From the NCBI GenBank assembly GCA_965198115.1, contig OZ240241.1:704001-768000 (forward strand): a stretch of 64,000 nucleotides of DNA. Reading direction: 5' to 3'. This document shows positions 39,499-50,558 of the stretch, one piece after another. How positions within the stretch are numbered: the stretch's first letter is position 1; every line of letters begins with the position of its first letter. Made by a program: the position numbers and the translations under genes. The notes beneath the pieces are model-generated. The model was not told the DNA's origin and ran no database searches. It worked only from the letters and a program-made list of their open reading frames with translations. Source of the DNA: Candidatus Latescibacterota bacterium (lineage in GTDB: Bacteria; Latescibacterota; UBA2968).

Positions 39499-41945
39499 CT
39501 AGCAGATCAGACGCTTTCGTTTGGGATCCCATAGAGGTTCTTTGACGACGGTTGCCTCGAAGCGATGGCCGAAGTACTCGATTTCGACGCTCGTACCCTT
39601 CTCTGCGTACGATACGGGCAGGTAGCCGTAGGCGATGTGGCTTCCGACGGTGTATCCGCGGTTGGTGCTCGTGACGTATCCCAGGACGCGATCGCCATCG
39701 AGGATCGGTTCCTTTCCGAGAATGACTGCCTCAGGGTCGTCGAGCGTCATACAGCAGAGCTTTCGGTTGGTACCGGCATCCTTGGCTCGAAGAAGAGCGA
39801 TCTTGCCGATGAAGTCGTCTTTTTCAAAGTCGACTGCCCAGGCCAGACCCGCTTCGAGAGGGTTATAGTCGGTGTGAATGTCCGTTCCCCACAAGCGATA
39901 TCCTTTTTCCAGGCGGAGCGAGTCGAACGCGCCCGAACCGAGAGGAACCATACCCATAGGACGGCCTGCTTCCCAGAGGATGTCCCACAGACGCAGCCCT
40001 GTTTCCGAAGCCGTATAAATCTCCCACCCTAATTCTCCCGCGTAGGAGAGCCGAAGAGCCAGTGCAGGGATGTGGTCGATCGAGAGATCCTTCGTGGTGA
40101 AGTAGGTGAACGAGGAGTTGGTCACGTCATCGTCACAAACTTGCTGCAGGAGATCCCGCGCCCGAGGGCCCCACAATCCGACCCCGCACAAGCTCGAGGT
40201 GATGTCGGCGATTCGGACGGAATCATCCGAAGGCGCCTGGAATCGGATCCACGCCAGGTCACGCGATCCGGCCGCCGCACCCGTGAGGACGAGAAAGCGA
40301 TCCTCTTCCAGGCGAGTGATGGTCAGGTCACACTTGATGCCGCCACGCCCTGTCAGCAGAGAGGTGTAGATCACCTTTCCGACGGGCTGGTCGATCCGGT
40401 TCGCGGCAATGTGTTGCAGGAACCCGAGGGCGCCGGCGCCGCTGACTTCGATCTTGGTGAAAGGACTCAGGTCGTAGAGTGTCACGTTTTCCCGTGTTGC
40501 CCTGTGCTCCGATCCCTGGGTGAGGGACCAGTTGATCGCTTCCCAACCGGATCGGTCGGGCCACGACGGATCGCGCTCCAGATCGTCGTTGGATTCGAAC
40601 CATTGCGGTTGTTCCCAGCCGGTGTTTTCGAAGAAGACCGCTCCGAGGTCTCTCTGCCGCTCATAGAAGGGTGAGAGTCTGAGCCGCCGTGGGTTTTCCA
40701 TCTGCTGAAGTGGATGGATGATGTCGTAGACCTCGCGATACTGCTGGGCGCCTCGGGCCTTCACGTAGGATGGCGTCAACGCGTGGGGGGCGAATCGGTT
40801 GAGGTCGGCTTCCCTGAGATCGGAGCTGGGTGTTCCTTCCACCATCCATTCCGCCATCGCCTTGCCAGCGCCGCCTGCGTGGGTGATCCAGATCGCCTCC
40901 GCGACCCAGAACCCTTTCACGTCGGGCGACTCACCGAGAAGGGGCATTCCGTCCGGTGTGAAGGAGAACATCCCGTTGATCCGGTAGGGCAGCTCGGCAC
41001 CACGGAGGGGAGGCATCAGCTCGATCGCAGCTTCGTGAGCCGCCTCGAAATGCTCGGGCGTGAACTCTCGGATTGCCGGGGTGTTCGCGGCCTGATCGTG
41101 GTCGAGGATGTCGTGGGGATCCACGAGCAGAGGTGTGTGCCGGTAGGAGCCAATCCCATAACAGTCCGCGTGCTGGCGAAAGTACATCGCACTGTCCTGG
41201 TGGCGCAGGACCGGATGCACGACTTCTCTCGTTTTGCCAGCCAAGTCGGCCAGTGGCTCGGTGATCGTGTAGATGTGCTCGATGGGCGTCAGGGGAATGG
41301 GCACGGCGGCCATTTCACCGACGCGGGGTCCCCAGATTCCAGCGCAGACGAGAACCTGCTCGGTTTGGATCCGCCCCTCCGACGTCCGTACGGCGTGGAT
41401 GCGCCCGTTTTTGACCTCGATCCCCTCGACGGTCACGTTGCCGTGGAACGATGCACGCTCCCCGGCATCCCTGGCCATCGCCTCCCCTGCGCGGACCGCT
41501 TTGGCGATGCCATCGCCGGGAACGAAGTAGGCTCCGTGGATCTTGTTCGGGTCCATCAGGGGCACTTTGTCGGTCGCTTCGGATGGGGAGAGGAGAGCGG
41601 CGTCCACGCCCCAGGACTTGGCGACCCCGCCTTCCGGGCGAGATCCTTCCACCGTTCCTTCGTGTAGGCGACCTCCATCCCACCGACGTGATGCCAGCAG
41701 GGCTCGCCGTCGAGCTCGAGATCACCGTAGAGCGCGACCGTGTAGCGAGCAAAGTCGGTCATCATTTTCGAGAAGTTGGTTTGGAAAACGCCTCCAGGCG
41801 CGTGAGAGGTCGATCCACCGGTCTCCCAAAGCGGGCCCTGATCCAGGACGACGATATCACACCATCCCATCCGCGTTAGGTGGTAGACCGTGCTGCATCC
41901 GACGATGCCAGCGCCTATGACGACGAGGTTGGCTTGGTCTTTCAT
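39499..41945 (-). CDS. Dimethylglycine/sarcosine dehydrogenase-like FAD oxidoreductase with GcvT domains (frameshift near 41630)
   Basis: VIGAGIVG, GGSTSHAPG, FSFTPDGMP, SYAGELGWEIY, SLRLEKGY. Confidence 0.92.
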
Positions 41946-43022
41946 AGGTGACCGAGTAGACGGAGCTTCATCGATTGATCGGAGAAGCTGGTGAGTAAGG
42001 CCGGCAGGGAGAGTGTTCGGTGTTCAGTGTTCAGGAAAGCCTGCTTTCGCTGAGCCAGCGATGAAAACTGTAATGGCGCTCAACGTTCTTTCACGAAGTT
42101 TCGCGGAGGCGGATTACGATCTTCGGATCGAAGTACGTGTTGTTGGGGTAGAAGGCGGGTAGCGAGGTTCGATCACCCTGTCTCGCCCCTTCGATGTGGA
42201 GGAGGGCGAGTGGGAGGGCTGAATCGATGTTGGTCTCGCCCTTCGGGTCGTCTGAGACGATGAGGTCGTCGACCGTGTATTGAGGCAGGATGCGGAGAGC
42301 AAGTGAAGCCGCGCCATCCAGGATAGCGGGGTCTCCGGTCGCATCGTGAAGATCGAGCAGGCCGAAAAGGGCAGCTGCGTCGTTCTGTCCCGTGTTGACC
42401 CAGCCGTGAGGGTCAGCTGGAGAAGCGCATCCTTCCTCCAGAACGGGATTTCCTACCGACGACCACCCCATTCCCACAGCGAGGGACCGGGCGATGTCGA
42501 GAAATCGATCGACCTTCGTCAGCTTGTAGGCTCTAGCATAAGCCAGGAACATCAGTCCATCGGCGGGGACCTTCTTCAGCTTTGAGGGGGGACAATAGCC
42601 GATGCCTTCGTTGCTGTCACCCGGTCCGAGCAGCGTCCCATCGTTGACGCAAGGGATGAAAGCGTGCTGATTCACGTCGTAGCTGTGTTCTGCGAGTGCA
42701 GTCAGGTCTTTGACGATGAAATCTCGAAGGGGACCACCCGCATCCCCCAGAACCTCGAAGGCGTTTCCGAAGCAGATAGCCGCTCGCCCATAGCGTGTCT
42801 TGATGACACCATCCGTGACGACCGTCGTTTCGTTGACATCTTCGCGGCTGTCATAAGGTGGCTTGAAGGACGCGCGAACACGGCACGGATCTCGATGGTT
42901 GAACTGATAGGCGCCGAGCCCCGTCTCTGGATGACGCACTTGATCGTAACGTGAGAGCAGGTTCATAGCCGCTTTCAGACTGTGCTCATTCCCGGTGAAG
43001 GCGTGGTGCATCGTCCCGCTTA

Positions 43023-44283
43023 GTACTCCTGTTCTCAAATACGGTGACGTATTCTAAGCAGACTTTGCCAAGGGCGTATCGTAGAACCTGAGTTTGTCGA
43101 TCATCTCCGCGAGATCTGTTCGTGTGAACTTCCATTTGAAGGGTGTGGCGATACGTCCGTAGCGTTCCTGAAAACCGAGGATTCTTGCCTCAAGCTCTTC
43201 GAGCGATGCAAATTCGATAGGTGTCAGAGCCTTGCGTTTGAGGATCGAGAAGTAGATCTCGATCTGATTGAGCCAGCTTGCGTGGATCGGAAGGTGAACG
43301 GGGTGGATGTTTGGCCACTTCCCCTGGATACGGTCGATGCATGTTTGCCCTCGGTGCGAGGAGCCATTATCCACGATGAGGTAGACTTTCTTTGCCGAGC
43401 AATAGGGTTTCCGGCTCATGATCAGGCTCAGGAGCCGGTTGAAGGGCTCGATACCCGAAGAAGACTCACAGAGACCGAAGATTCGACCATTGTGCACGTC
43501 GAGAGCAGCCAGATAGGCCAGGGCTCCTTTCCGCTCGTATTCGTGTTCAACGCGTGCCGCTCTGTTCGAGGCTGGCGGTAGGGTAACGTGCTTGCGAGCT
43601 CGTGCTTGAATACTGGTCTTTTCGTCGGCAGAAAGTACATATTCCCTCGGCCCTAAAGGCTTTCCTTGCCATTGGCGGTGATACAGATCAAGGACTCTAC
43701 CTGCTTTGGTTTGGAAGTCCGGGTCCCGTGGGAAAATCCAGGAGCGATGATACCAAGGACGAATCGCGTCCTCGTTCAACCAGCGCCAGACAGTGGCGCC
43801 GCTGATCTTGGCAACGAAGCCCCTTTGCACTGCCTCGGCGGCAATCTCGGAACAGCTGAACCGCGAGAGCGGTATCCCGCTCTCGCTCGGTAGTTCACAC
43901 GCCAGCGCCTTGATCTGAACGACCACCTGAGGGGGGAAAACCGGGCGGGCGCCCGGGACGAGATCTATCTTCGAGTCCCGAAAGACGCTCTTCGAAAAAG
44001 CGCTTACGCCATTTGCTTACGATCGGACGCGGGACATCCAACCGTTGGGCGATAATCTTGTTGGATAATCCCTCGGCGGCGAGAAGCACGATTTTCGATC
44101 GGATCACTTGATAATACGGTAACGTATATTGTCCAGCCATTCGCTCGAGGTCGACCCGTTCCTTCTCAGACAGTAGCACCACATAAGGCGAACGTCTTGG
44201 CATTGTTCTCCTCCTTTTGAAGGAGAACATAAGCTACAAATAATGTTCAGAACATACGTAATAATATTTATGAAATCATGCAC
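43023..44283 (-). mobile_element. IS630-family insertion sequence, copy 1
   Basis: Ends GTGCATGATTTCATAAAT / ATTTGAGAACAGGAGTAC; near-identical to 61579..62840. Confidence 0.93.
43054..44203 (-). CDS. IS630-family transposase in two overlapping ORFs (probable programmed -1 frameshift)
   Basis: HTH ORF (SKWRKRF..GLEDRSRPGRP) plus DDE ORF (SADEKT, IVDNGSSH, SWLNQIE). The TTTTCCCCCC junction is the same in both copies. Confidence 0.9.
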
Positions 44284-44895
44284 TAAGGATGAGATCGCTG
44301 CCCGTGTTGATGAACGAGAGTGCCGTGTTTTCCACGATCGGTAGAGCGCCGCCCGTGAAATCTTCGTGCCACTTCGTTTCCCACGACTCATACAGTCCGT
44401 GTCGGTTGAAAAGGAGGGTCTGCCAGTCCCAGATGTGGGCGTGCCAGAAGGCTTCGATGAAGCGGGTCGTGACTTCGGGGTTGACGCGGTTGAGATAAGG
44501 ATAGTGCGGATAGACGCACTTCATCTCATGGTTGCCGAGGATGGGTTCGTCGGCGAGGAGGTCGTAGCTGGTGTGACCACCCCAGTAGAGCAGGCCGGAT
44601 TCAGGATCGACCGATCGATCCAGCGCGAAGTCGATCCACTCGTCCGCGTGTTCGTGATACCGAGCGTCACCGGTCAGTCTACCGAGCGTGTCTAGCGCAC
44701 GAAGGTGATTCTGCTGACAAGCGAGGTTGGCGGTGACCTGGCCGCACCAGTGCGAGGGTTCGCCAGAGGACAGGTCCAATCCGTCGGCCAGGAGGGGTCC
44801 CGCGCCTGCGTGGCAACGTCTTGTGACGGCCTCGACGTGCGCGATGACACTGTCGGTAAGCGAGGTCACTAGTTTCTCAACCTGTCAGGAGCCGG

Positions 44896-46341
44896 TCAGT
44901 AACGATCGTCTTTCGTCGTGACCGGGCACCAGCGTGCGGTGAAGAGCGCATCGAGAAGGATGTCATTGGCTTCCGTGGTCCCGATATGTCGCAGAGCGAG
45001 CTCACCGTAGAATCGGTTGTAGCGGTTTTCATCTTCCAACAGCGGAACGAGCTGTTGAGTCGCAGAGGCGGCCGAGGACCCCAGTTTTATCACGGCGAGC
45101 GCTGCGCTGCGGCGAACACGATAATCTTCGTCATCCAGGCCGCGGCGAACGGTGTCGACGATCTCCATCCGGTCATCGTCGAGCCGGCCGAGTGCTTCGA
45201 TCGCGTTTCGTCTGACCCACCAGTGGTTGTCAGAAGCCGCCTGACGAAGTGTGTCGCTTGCGGGCTGGGCAACCGTTCCCATTCGGCTGACCGTGTTGGT
45301 TGCTACGGCACGCACCCACCACTCGTCTTCTTCAAGGATCACCCGTTCAAGCTCGGGGATGGCGACGGACCCGGCGGCGGTCAGGCCCTGCGAAGCGCAT
45401 CCGGCCGTGGGGTTCGTCCCGTGGAGGTTGTCTGCCGGCGTCGCGGTCGTCTCGTCGATGTTGTCGATGGTTTCCCTGCGCATCGCCTCGATCAATGGAG
45501 CTACTGCATCGGCGCCGGTGGACGCGAGACGGTAGGACGCATCCAGCCTGACGGATTCGGTGCGATCGGAGAGGCTGCTGGAGAGGTCTACGATCGAATC
45601 GCCGTTCGCGGAAGGTTTGGAACCCTGGTTGCCGCAAAGCCATTGCCAGACGTCACGCGAAACAGCTGGATGTGGATCCTCGATTCCGGGCGACCAAACG
45701 GAACTGCGATGGTCCCAGCTCGGTTCGCCGGGTTCGGACGTGCGGGCGAACTGGAACTTCAGCATATAACGATTTCGCTCGCTCGTGTTCTTCGTCGCGC
45801 GATGCCAGGAATCGAAGTGGATGAGCGCGACCGTTCCGGCAGGGCCACAGACCGAGAGCGACTCCTCCGTGGTCTTGTCAGCGTCCGGATCGCTGATGAA
45901 TCTTTGGAATTGGGTCTGCGGCAGGATTCCGGATGGCCCCATCTCCATCGTCGTGTTTTGAGGATAATAGAAGGCCAGGATCCAGTCGAAGCGCGGATGA
46001 CGGATGTTGTGGTCGAAGACGTAACAATCTTTGTGCCACTTCTGTCCGCCACTTCCCGGTGGGTTCAGGTGACCGTGGCGGTGCGGATTCAGGATGTATC
46101 CAGGTCCAAGCAGGCTGGTCAGGGCACCCGCGACATTCGGATGTTCAAAGACCCGACCGATTTCGGGTATCCGAGGCAGGATGTTGTTCCCGATGTTCCC
46201 CTCGGTTTCGTAGACGTTTTCGATTGTCGTACGAATCCGCTCGTGAAGGTCCGTGGCTCCGTCCGCCTCTACAATCACGTATCCGTTGACGATGAATTGC
46301 TGGACTTGCTCGTCCGTTAGGAGGTTGAGTGGGTCCGCCAT
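44896..46341 (-). CDS. PhyH-family dioxygenase fused to HEAT/PBS-lyase repeats
   Basis: QKWHKD...SWHRA, then repeats WWVRAVA, WWVRRNAIEALG, YRVRRSAALA. Confidence 0.88.
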   Translation of the reverse strand: MADPLNLLTDEQVQQFIVNGYVIVEADGATDLHERIRTTIENVYETEGNIGNNILPRIPEIGRVFEHPNVAGALTSLLGPGYILNPHRHGHLNPPGSGGQKWHKDCYVFDHNIRHPRFDWILAFYYPQNTTMEMGPSGILPQTQFQRFISDPDADKTTEESLSVCGPAGTVALIHFDSWHRATKNTSERNRYMLKFQFARTSEPGEPSWDHRSSVWSPGIEDPHPAVSRDVWQWLCGNQGSKPSANGDSIVDLSSSLSDRTESVRLDASYRLASTGADAVAPLIEAMRRETIDNIDETTATPADNLHGTNPTAGCASQGLTAAGSVAIPELERVILEEDEWWVRAVATNTVSRMGTVAQPASDTLRQAASDNHWWVRRNAIEALGRLDDDRMEIVDTVRRGLDDEDYRVRRSAALAVIKLGSSAASATQQLVPLLEDENRYNRFYGELALRHIGTTEANDILLDALFTARWCPVTTKDDRY

Positions 46342-47594
46342 TAGTCCCCGAAATAGCCGCGGGATGCCCAGACCTTTTTCGAGAGGGTCAGGGCTTCTGA
46401 TGAGGGTTTGATGTGGCCGAGGACGCTGCTCGGTGGTTGACCCTTACGCTTGCGGGCAGGATCGGGAGACCAGTCGTCGTTCGCGTACTTCCTGCGGACG
46501 GATTCCTTCCGAAAGTCGGGAATCTCGTAGGGTGCTGAATCGTCCAGCGCCGAACGCCAGGCCTGGATCCCGGCGATGCTCATATCCACTCCCGTGTAGA
46601 CGTCGAGGTCGGGAGGTTCACCCGTCTGGATCGCACGGGCGAAGTGGTAGGACGTGAAGAAATCGCCTCCGCTGTGGCCTGCTTGGCTCGCCTGGTCGTG
46701 GTGGACTGGGAAATCAGGCGTGTAGACGGTTTCGACGGGCTCGCCCTTCTTCTTTTCCCACGCCTCGCGCCAGACTTTCAGACGATGACGGTCTCCGTGA
46801 CGGCAGTTTTCCATCATTCCTTTGTTGCCGTGGATCCGCACGTAGTTTCCGTGCCCCCGGAGCGCGCCGTGGATCGCCTTCATCACCGCGCCGTTGTCCA
46901 TCCGACAGATGATCACGCAGCTGGTGTCGCTCCGCTTCATCGAATGGGTCATCGTCGGATCGCCGAAGTCGTAGGGCACGACGAATCCGTTCACTTTGAC
47001 GGGTCGCGTGCCGGTTATGTGCATCACGGGTGCGATGGAGTGCGTGCAGTAATAGGTTGCCGGGATCCAGTTGCGCCAGTGATCCTTTCCGCAGCTTCGA
47101 CCGAGTTTGACTTCAGGCGGGTCCGGATGGACGTACTCGCCTTCACCGTATTTGAACTCCCCGACCAGACCCTTTTGATATAAGCGGCGCATCTCCTGAT
47201 TGTAGGCCGAGTAGGGATAGTTCTCCGCGAACATATAGATGAGACCGCTCTTCTCGACTGCCCGGGCGAGCGCGACGCCTTCGCCAAGCGTGCTGCACGC
47301 GGCCGTCTCGCTCATCACGTGCTTGCCTGCGGCGAGGGCCTTGATCGCGAACGGAGCGTGCTGATGGAAATAGTTCGCGAGGATGACGGCATCGATGTCG
47401 TGCTCGAGGAACCGGTCGTAGTCAGTGTAGGTTTCGACACCGAGCTGTTCGCCGGCGACCTTGAGCCGCTCTTCCCAGGTGTCGCACAAGGCGACGACTT
47501 TCAATCCGGAAGCCGCCGCGACGCCCATCCTCGCCCCGCGCCCGACACCGACGACACCGACTTGGATCGTGCTGCGTTTTACTCGTTTGGGCAT
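46341..47594 (-). CDS. Gfo/Idh/MocA-family oxidoreductase
   Basis: VGVVGVGRG, GKHVMSE, YGEGEYVH, YCTHS, AGHSGGD. Confidence 0.9.
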   Translation of the reverse strand: MPKRVKRSTIQVGVVGVGRGARMGVAAASGLKVVALCDTWEERLKVAGEQLGVETYTDYDRFLEHDIDAVILANYFHQHAPFAIKALAAGKHVMSETAACSTLGEGVALARAVEKSGLIYMFAENYPYSAYNQEMRRLYQKGLVGEFKYGEGEYVHPDPPEVKLGRSCGKDHWRNWIPATYYCTHSIAPVMHITGTRPVKVNGFVVPYDFGDPTMTHSMKRSDTSCVIICRMDNGAVMKAIHGALRGHGNYVRIHGNKGMMENCRHGDRHRLKVWREAWEKKKGEPVETVYTPDFPVHHDQASQAGHSGGDFFTSYHFARAIQTGEPPDLDVYTGVDMSIAGIQAWRSALDDSAPYEIPDFRKESVRRKYANDDWSPDPARKRKGQPPSSVLGHIKPSSEALTLSKKVWASRGYFGD

Positions 47595-47615
47595 TGGTGG
47601 CTCCTTAGGACCGAT

Positions 47616-47800
47616 CCGCTCATCCTGAGTAGCGATATCAGGATTCTGAGCTGGAGGTACCGTTTAAAGGACGACTGACTCGCATATCGAAGGATGCGTT
47701 CTGTTATCGTCCACCGTTCGTCCTTCGATATGGGGATCGTCAGCATTCTGAACTTTTCGGCACAGAGGTTCTTCTCGATACCCCTACTCAGGATGAACGG
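47616..47800. repeat. REPIN-like nested inverted-repeat element (185 bp)
   Basis: Outer arms CCGCTCATCCTGAGTAG / CTACTCAGGATGAACGG (16/17); inner arms CATATCGAAGGATG / CGTCCTTCGATATG (13/14). Confidence 0.75.
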
Positions 47801-47817
47801 TTGCCTTTGCCCGACAC

Positions 47818-48771
47818 TCACGAGCTCTTCCTTGCCAACTTCTGCATCGACCGCGGTTCTCGTGGCGGATCCATTTTGCTGCCGTAGTCGCTCCAGCTCA
47901 CCTCGGCCACATAGATGCTGCCCTGAGAGTCGACTGCAATCCCGTGCGGGGAGTAGAAGCGCCCCGGTTCGTCGCCGAACGACTGCGTACCCAGCCGGGC
48001 TCTGACGTTCCCTTTCAGGTCCATCACCGAAACACGCGGTCCGAGGCCGGTGCCCATCGTGTTGCTGCCGATGCCGCAGAAGTATTCGCCCAAGTAGACG
48101 TCGGGGTCGTTGCCGCTTCCGATGGTGATCGCGGCGACTCGGGACATATCATTCCATTGAGCGATAAAACCGCCGTCGTTGTCGAAGACCTGAACACGCT
48201 GGTTTTCGCGGTCGGCGATGTAGACGAGGCCATCCTTATCTACGACGATGTTGTGGACGATGTTGAACTGGCCTGGATCGGTGCCGGATTCGCCCCAGGA
48301 CGTGAGTAAACGGCCCGTCGGGTCGTACTTGTGAACGCGCGCGTTGGTGTAACCATCCGCCACGAACACGTTGCTGTTGTTCGGATCGATGGCGACCTGG
48401 CAGGGGCGGTTGAAAGGGTCCCCACTCATCGCGGGGGCTGGCAGACCACCCTGGAGCTGGAGCAGCTTTTCGCCCTTCCGCGAGAATTTCTTGACCGTGT
48501 GATCCCCGTTGTCCACACACCAGACCGAGTCATCCGGGCCGATGGTCACCCCGTGTGGATTCGTGAATTCGCCGTCTCCCCACGTGTCGAGGATATCACC
48601 ATCAGCGTTGAAAACGATCATCGGGTGCGTGCCACGGTTGAAGACATAGACTTTGTCGTCTTCGTCGACTGCGACGGCCGTGGCTTCCTTATAGGTCCAG
48701 TCGTCGGGGATCTTACCCCAGTTTTCGCCCGATGTTTCGTATGTGTACGCGCCGGATCCTAGCTCAACCAT
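47818..48771 (-). CDS. NHL-repeat beta-propeller (peptidyl-alpha-hydroxyglycine alpha-amidating lyase-like)
   Basis: VYVFNRG, FTNPHG, FNRP..VA, VADGYTNARVHKY, YIADRENQRVQVFD, FYSPHGIAVD. Start reassigned to ATG 48771. Confidence 0.9.
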   Translation of the reverse strand: MVELGSGAYTYETSGENWGKIPDDWTYKEATAVAVDEDDKVYVFNRGTHPMIVFNADGDILDTWGDGEFTNPHGVTIGPDDSVWCVDNGDHTVKKFSRKGEKLLQLQGGLPAPAMSGDPFNRPCQVAIDPNNSNVFVADGYTNARVHKYDPTGRLLTSWGESGTDPGQFNIVHNIVVDKDGLVYIADRENQRVQVFDNDGGFIAQWNDMSRVAAITIGSGNDPDVYLGEYFCGIGSNTMGTGLGPRVSVMDLKGNVRARLGTQSFGDEPGRFYSPHGIAVDSQGSIYVAEVSWSDYGSKMDPPREPRSMQKLARKSS

Positions 48772-49531
48772 TGCCTTCTCCTTTGGATGTGTTCTCCGCT
48801 TCGAGTTTGAGTCGATCGTAGTAGCCGGGATTCTGCTCGACCTCTGCGAGTAGCGTGTCAACATAATCACGAATGCCGAAGCAGCGGCTGTCGGAATCTC
48901 CGACCTGCCCTCGCCTGACCCGTCCCTGCCTCTCCCAGAAATCCCCAAGCCGTCCGCGATCCAGACGGAGGAATTCGGCGGCCGGGTCTCTGTCGAGCTG
49001 TTGTTCCCAATACAGGGCTTCGACGACGTGACAATAGGTAGACGTCTCGTAGTCGACGCCCAGCATCAGGACGTGTCCGTCGCGGTGGTAGGCCTTCAAC
49101 ATCGGGGCGTTTCGGCCGTGAGTCCTGCCCCAGGGCGCGCGGTCCCACGGCGTCTCGGGGCCCTCGTCGCTGAGATGATCTCCGACGAATGCGCTCGCGT
49201 CCTTCCCTCGTGCGGCGGTCGAGTGGGAATAGTGATCGGATCGGTAGGTGTCGGGTAGTCGTCGGAAGTACTCGGTGATCCAGCCGACCGAAGAGGGCGT
49301 GTCCGTGACGCTCCAGCGGGCTGCGCGTTCATCCCTTCCGCCGATCAGGTTGAACGAGGGCATCACGATCAGCCCATCGGGTCCGACGACGTCTTCCATC
49401 GCGCGGATGACGGTTTTGACACCGCTCTCTACGGGACCCAGGCTCTTGAATGAGGAGTGGACGAACATCAGGTCGCCCTCGACGATCCTGAGTGTTCGAA
49501 GATCCTCGGCCAGGGTCGCACGGGTGTGCAT
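48764..49531 (-). CDS. AAC(3)/Antibiotic_NAT family N-acetyltransferase
   Basis: FVHSSFKSLG, GLIVMPSF, VGWITEYFR, RSDHYSHS, LMLGV..STYCHVVE. Confidence 0.88.
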   Translation of the reverse strand: MHTRATLAEDLRTLRIVEGDLMFVHSSFKSLGPVESGVKTVIRAMEDVVGPDGLIVMPSFNLIGGRDERAARWSVTDTPSSVGWITEYFRRLPDTYRSDHYSHSTAARGKDASAFVGDHLSDEGPETPWDRAPWGRTHGRNAPMLKAYHRDGHVLMLGVDYETSTYCHVVEALYWEQQLDRDPAAEFLRLDRGRLGDFWERQGRVRRGQVGDSDSRCFGIRDYVDTLLAEVEQNPGYYDRLKLEAENTSKGEGNG

Positions 49532-50271
49532 CAGACGTCCACCCGCTGGTAGGCGATGGCATAGAAGGCTTTCGTCTCACCCGACCGGTTTGGTTCACTG
49601 CGGTGCCAGGTGTAATTCGTAAAGAAGAGTCCGTCGCCAGGGTTTGTCTGAATCAATTGCTCTCGATCCGAATCGATTGCGGAGTGGGGAATACGATGGC
49701 GCTTGAAGGGCTCAAAGCTGCCGTCCTTGACGTGACCCATCGGCGGGTCGTCGAAATAGGACTCGTGTTCAGTCAGCCGCCAGCCCTGGTGACTGCCGGG
49801 CATTACTGCGAGGGCGATGGCATCCTGCCCCACATCCTGCAGCGGTATCCAGCAATTGCAGCCGCGTTCGGGCTCGATCTTCCAGTACCAGGAGTCCTGG
49901 TGGAAGTAACTCCGTCCACCCTGATCCGAATCCAGCCATCCGTGTTTGACTCCGATCTGGTCGGTGTAGAGTTCGACCTTCCCGCCGAGCAAGGAAGCCA
50001 TTGCCTCTGCGAGGCCGGCGTGTTGGGCCAGGCGTGCGAAGACTTCCTCCTCGGAAGCGGGTCGCTGGATACCCACTGGAATGGGTCCGCCCCCCGACGA
50101 CCGGTGGTAGGAGGGATCGAGATCCTGGAATCAGCGGGGATCCCAACCGGGGCGCCGGTCGACGATCTCGGTGACCCTCTGTCTGCAGGCCTGGACAAGG
50201 TCGGGAGGGATCAGGTCAGGCAGGAGGCAGTAACCACTTGCTTCGTATTCGGCTGCAATGGGGGCATCCAT
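49531..50271 (-). CDS. PhyH-family dioxygenase (frameshift near 50125)
   Basis: MDAPIAAEYEASGYCLL...; FHQDSWYW, CWIPL, MPGSH, TWHRSEPN. Confidence 0.85.
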
Positions 50272-50558
50272 CGGGATCGTGCTCTCCTGGTTCGCCGCAA
50301 GTAAGCACCGATCGAGAGGGTGGGCAAGAGAGCGAGCAACGGCCCTCACTGGGACATATGCGCTCCGTGTTCCCAAAAGTGGCCCCGAGGCCACTTTTTC
50401 GATCGCCTACTCGATCGTGGGCTTCCGGCCTTGGATGGCGGGCGCAATTTAGAGGTTGCGCAGTTCCGATGGATGATGTAACCATCTTATTCCTCGGGAC
50501 TTGAGACAGGACATCTCCCCGTAGCCCGTCACGGACAGATACCCAAGGGCTGCACCTG

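Larger units (their letters stand above)
42091..44869 (-). pseudogene. Polysaccharide lyase family 2 (periplasmic pectate lyase-like) protein interrupted by IS630
   Basis: NLACQQN, GLLYWGGH, HEMK..YP, FWHAHIWDW..LLFNRHG, FINTGSDLIL; rejoins in frame to SGTMHH...HPETGLGAYQF after removing the IS plus 3 bp. Confidence 0.75.

Noticed and set aside
12539-42037. GTTC-containing repeats as alphaproteobacterial LexA boxes or a CRISPR array
   Set aside because: The period is 7 bp rather than GTTC-N7-GTTC, the copies are dispersed after stop codons, and there are no spacers or cas genes.
48764-49531. Acquired aminoglycoside resistance gene aac(3)
   Set aside because: Family motifs only; it is embedded in a metabolic operon with no cassette or mobile context.
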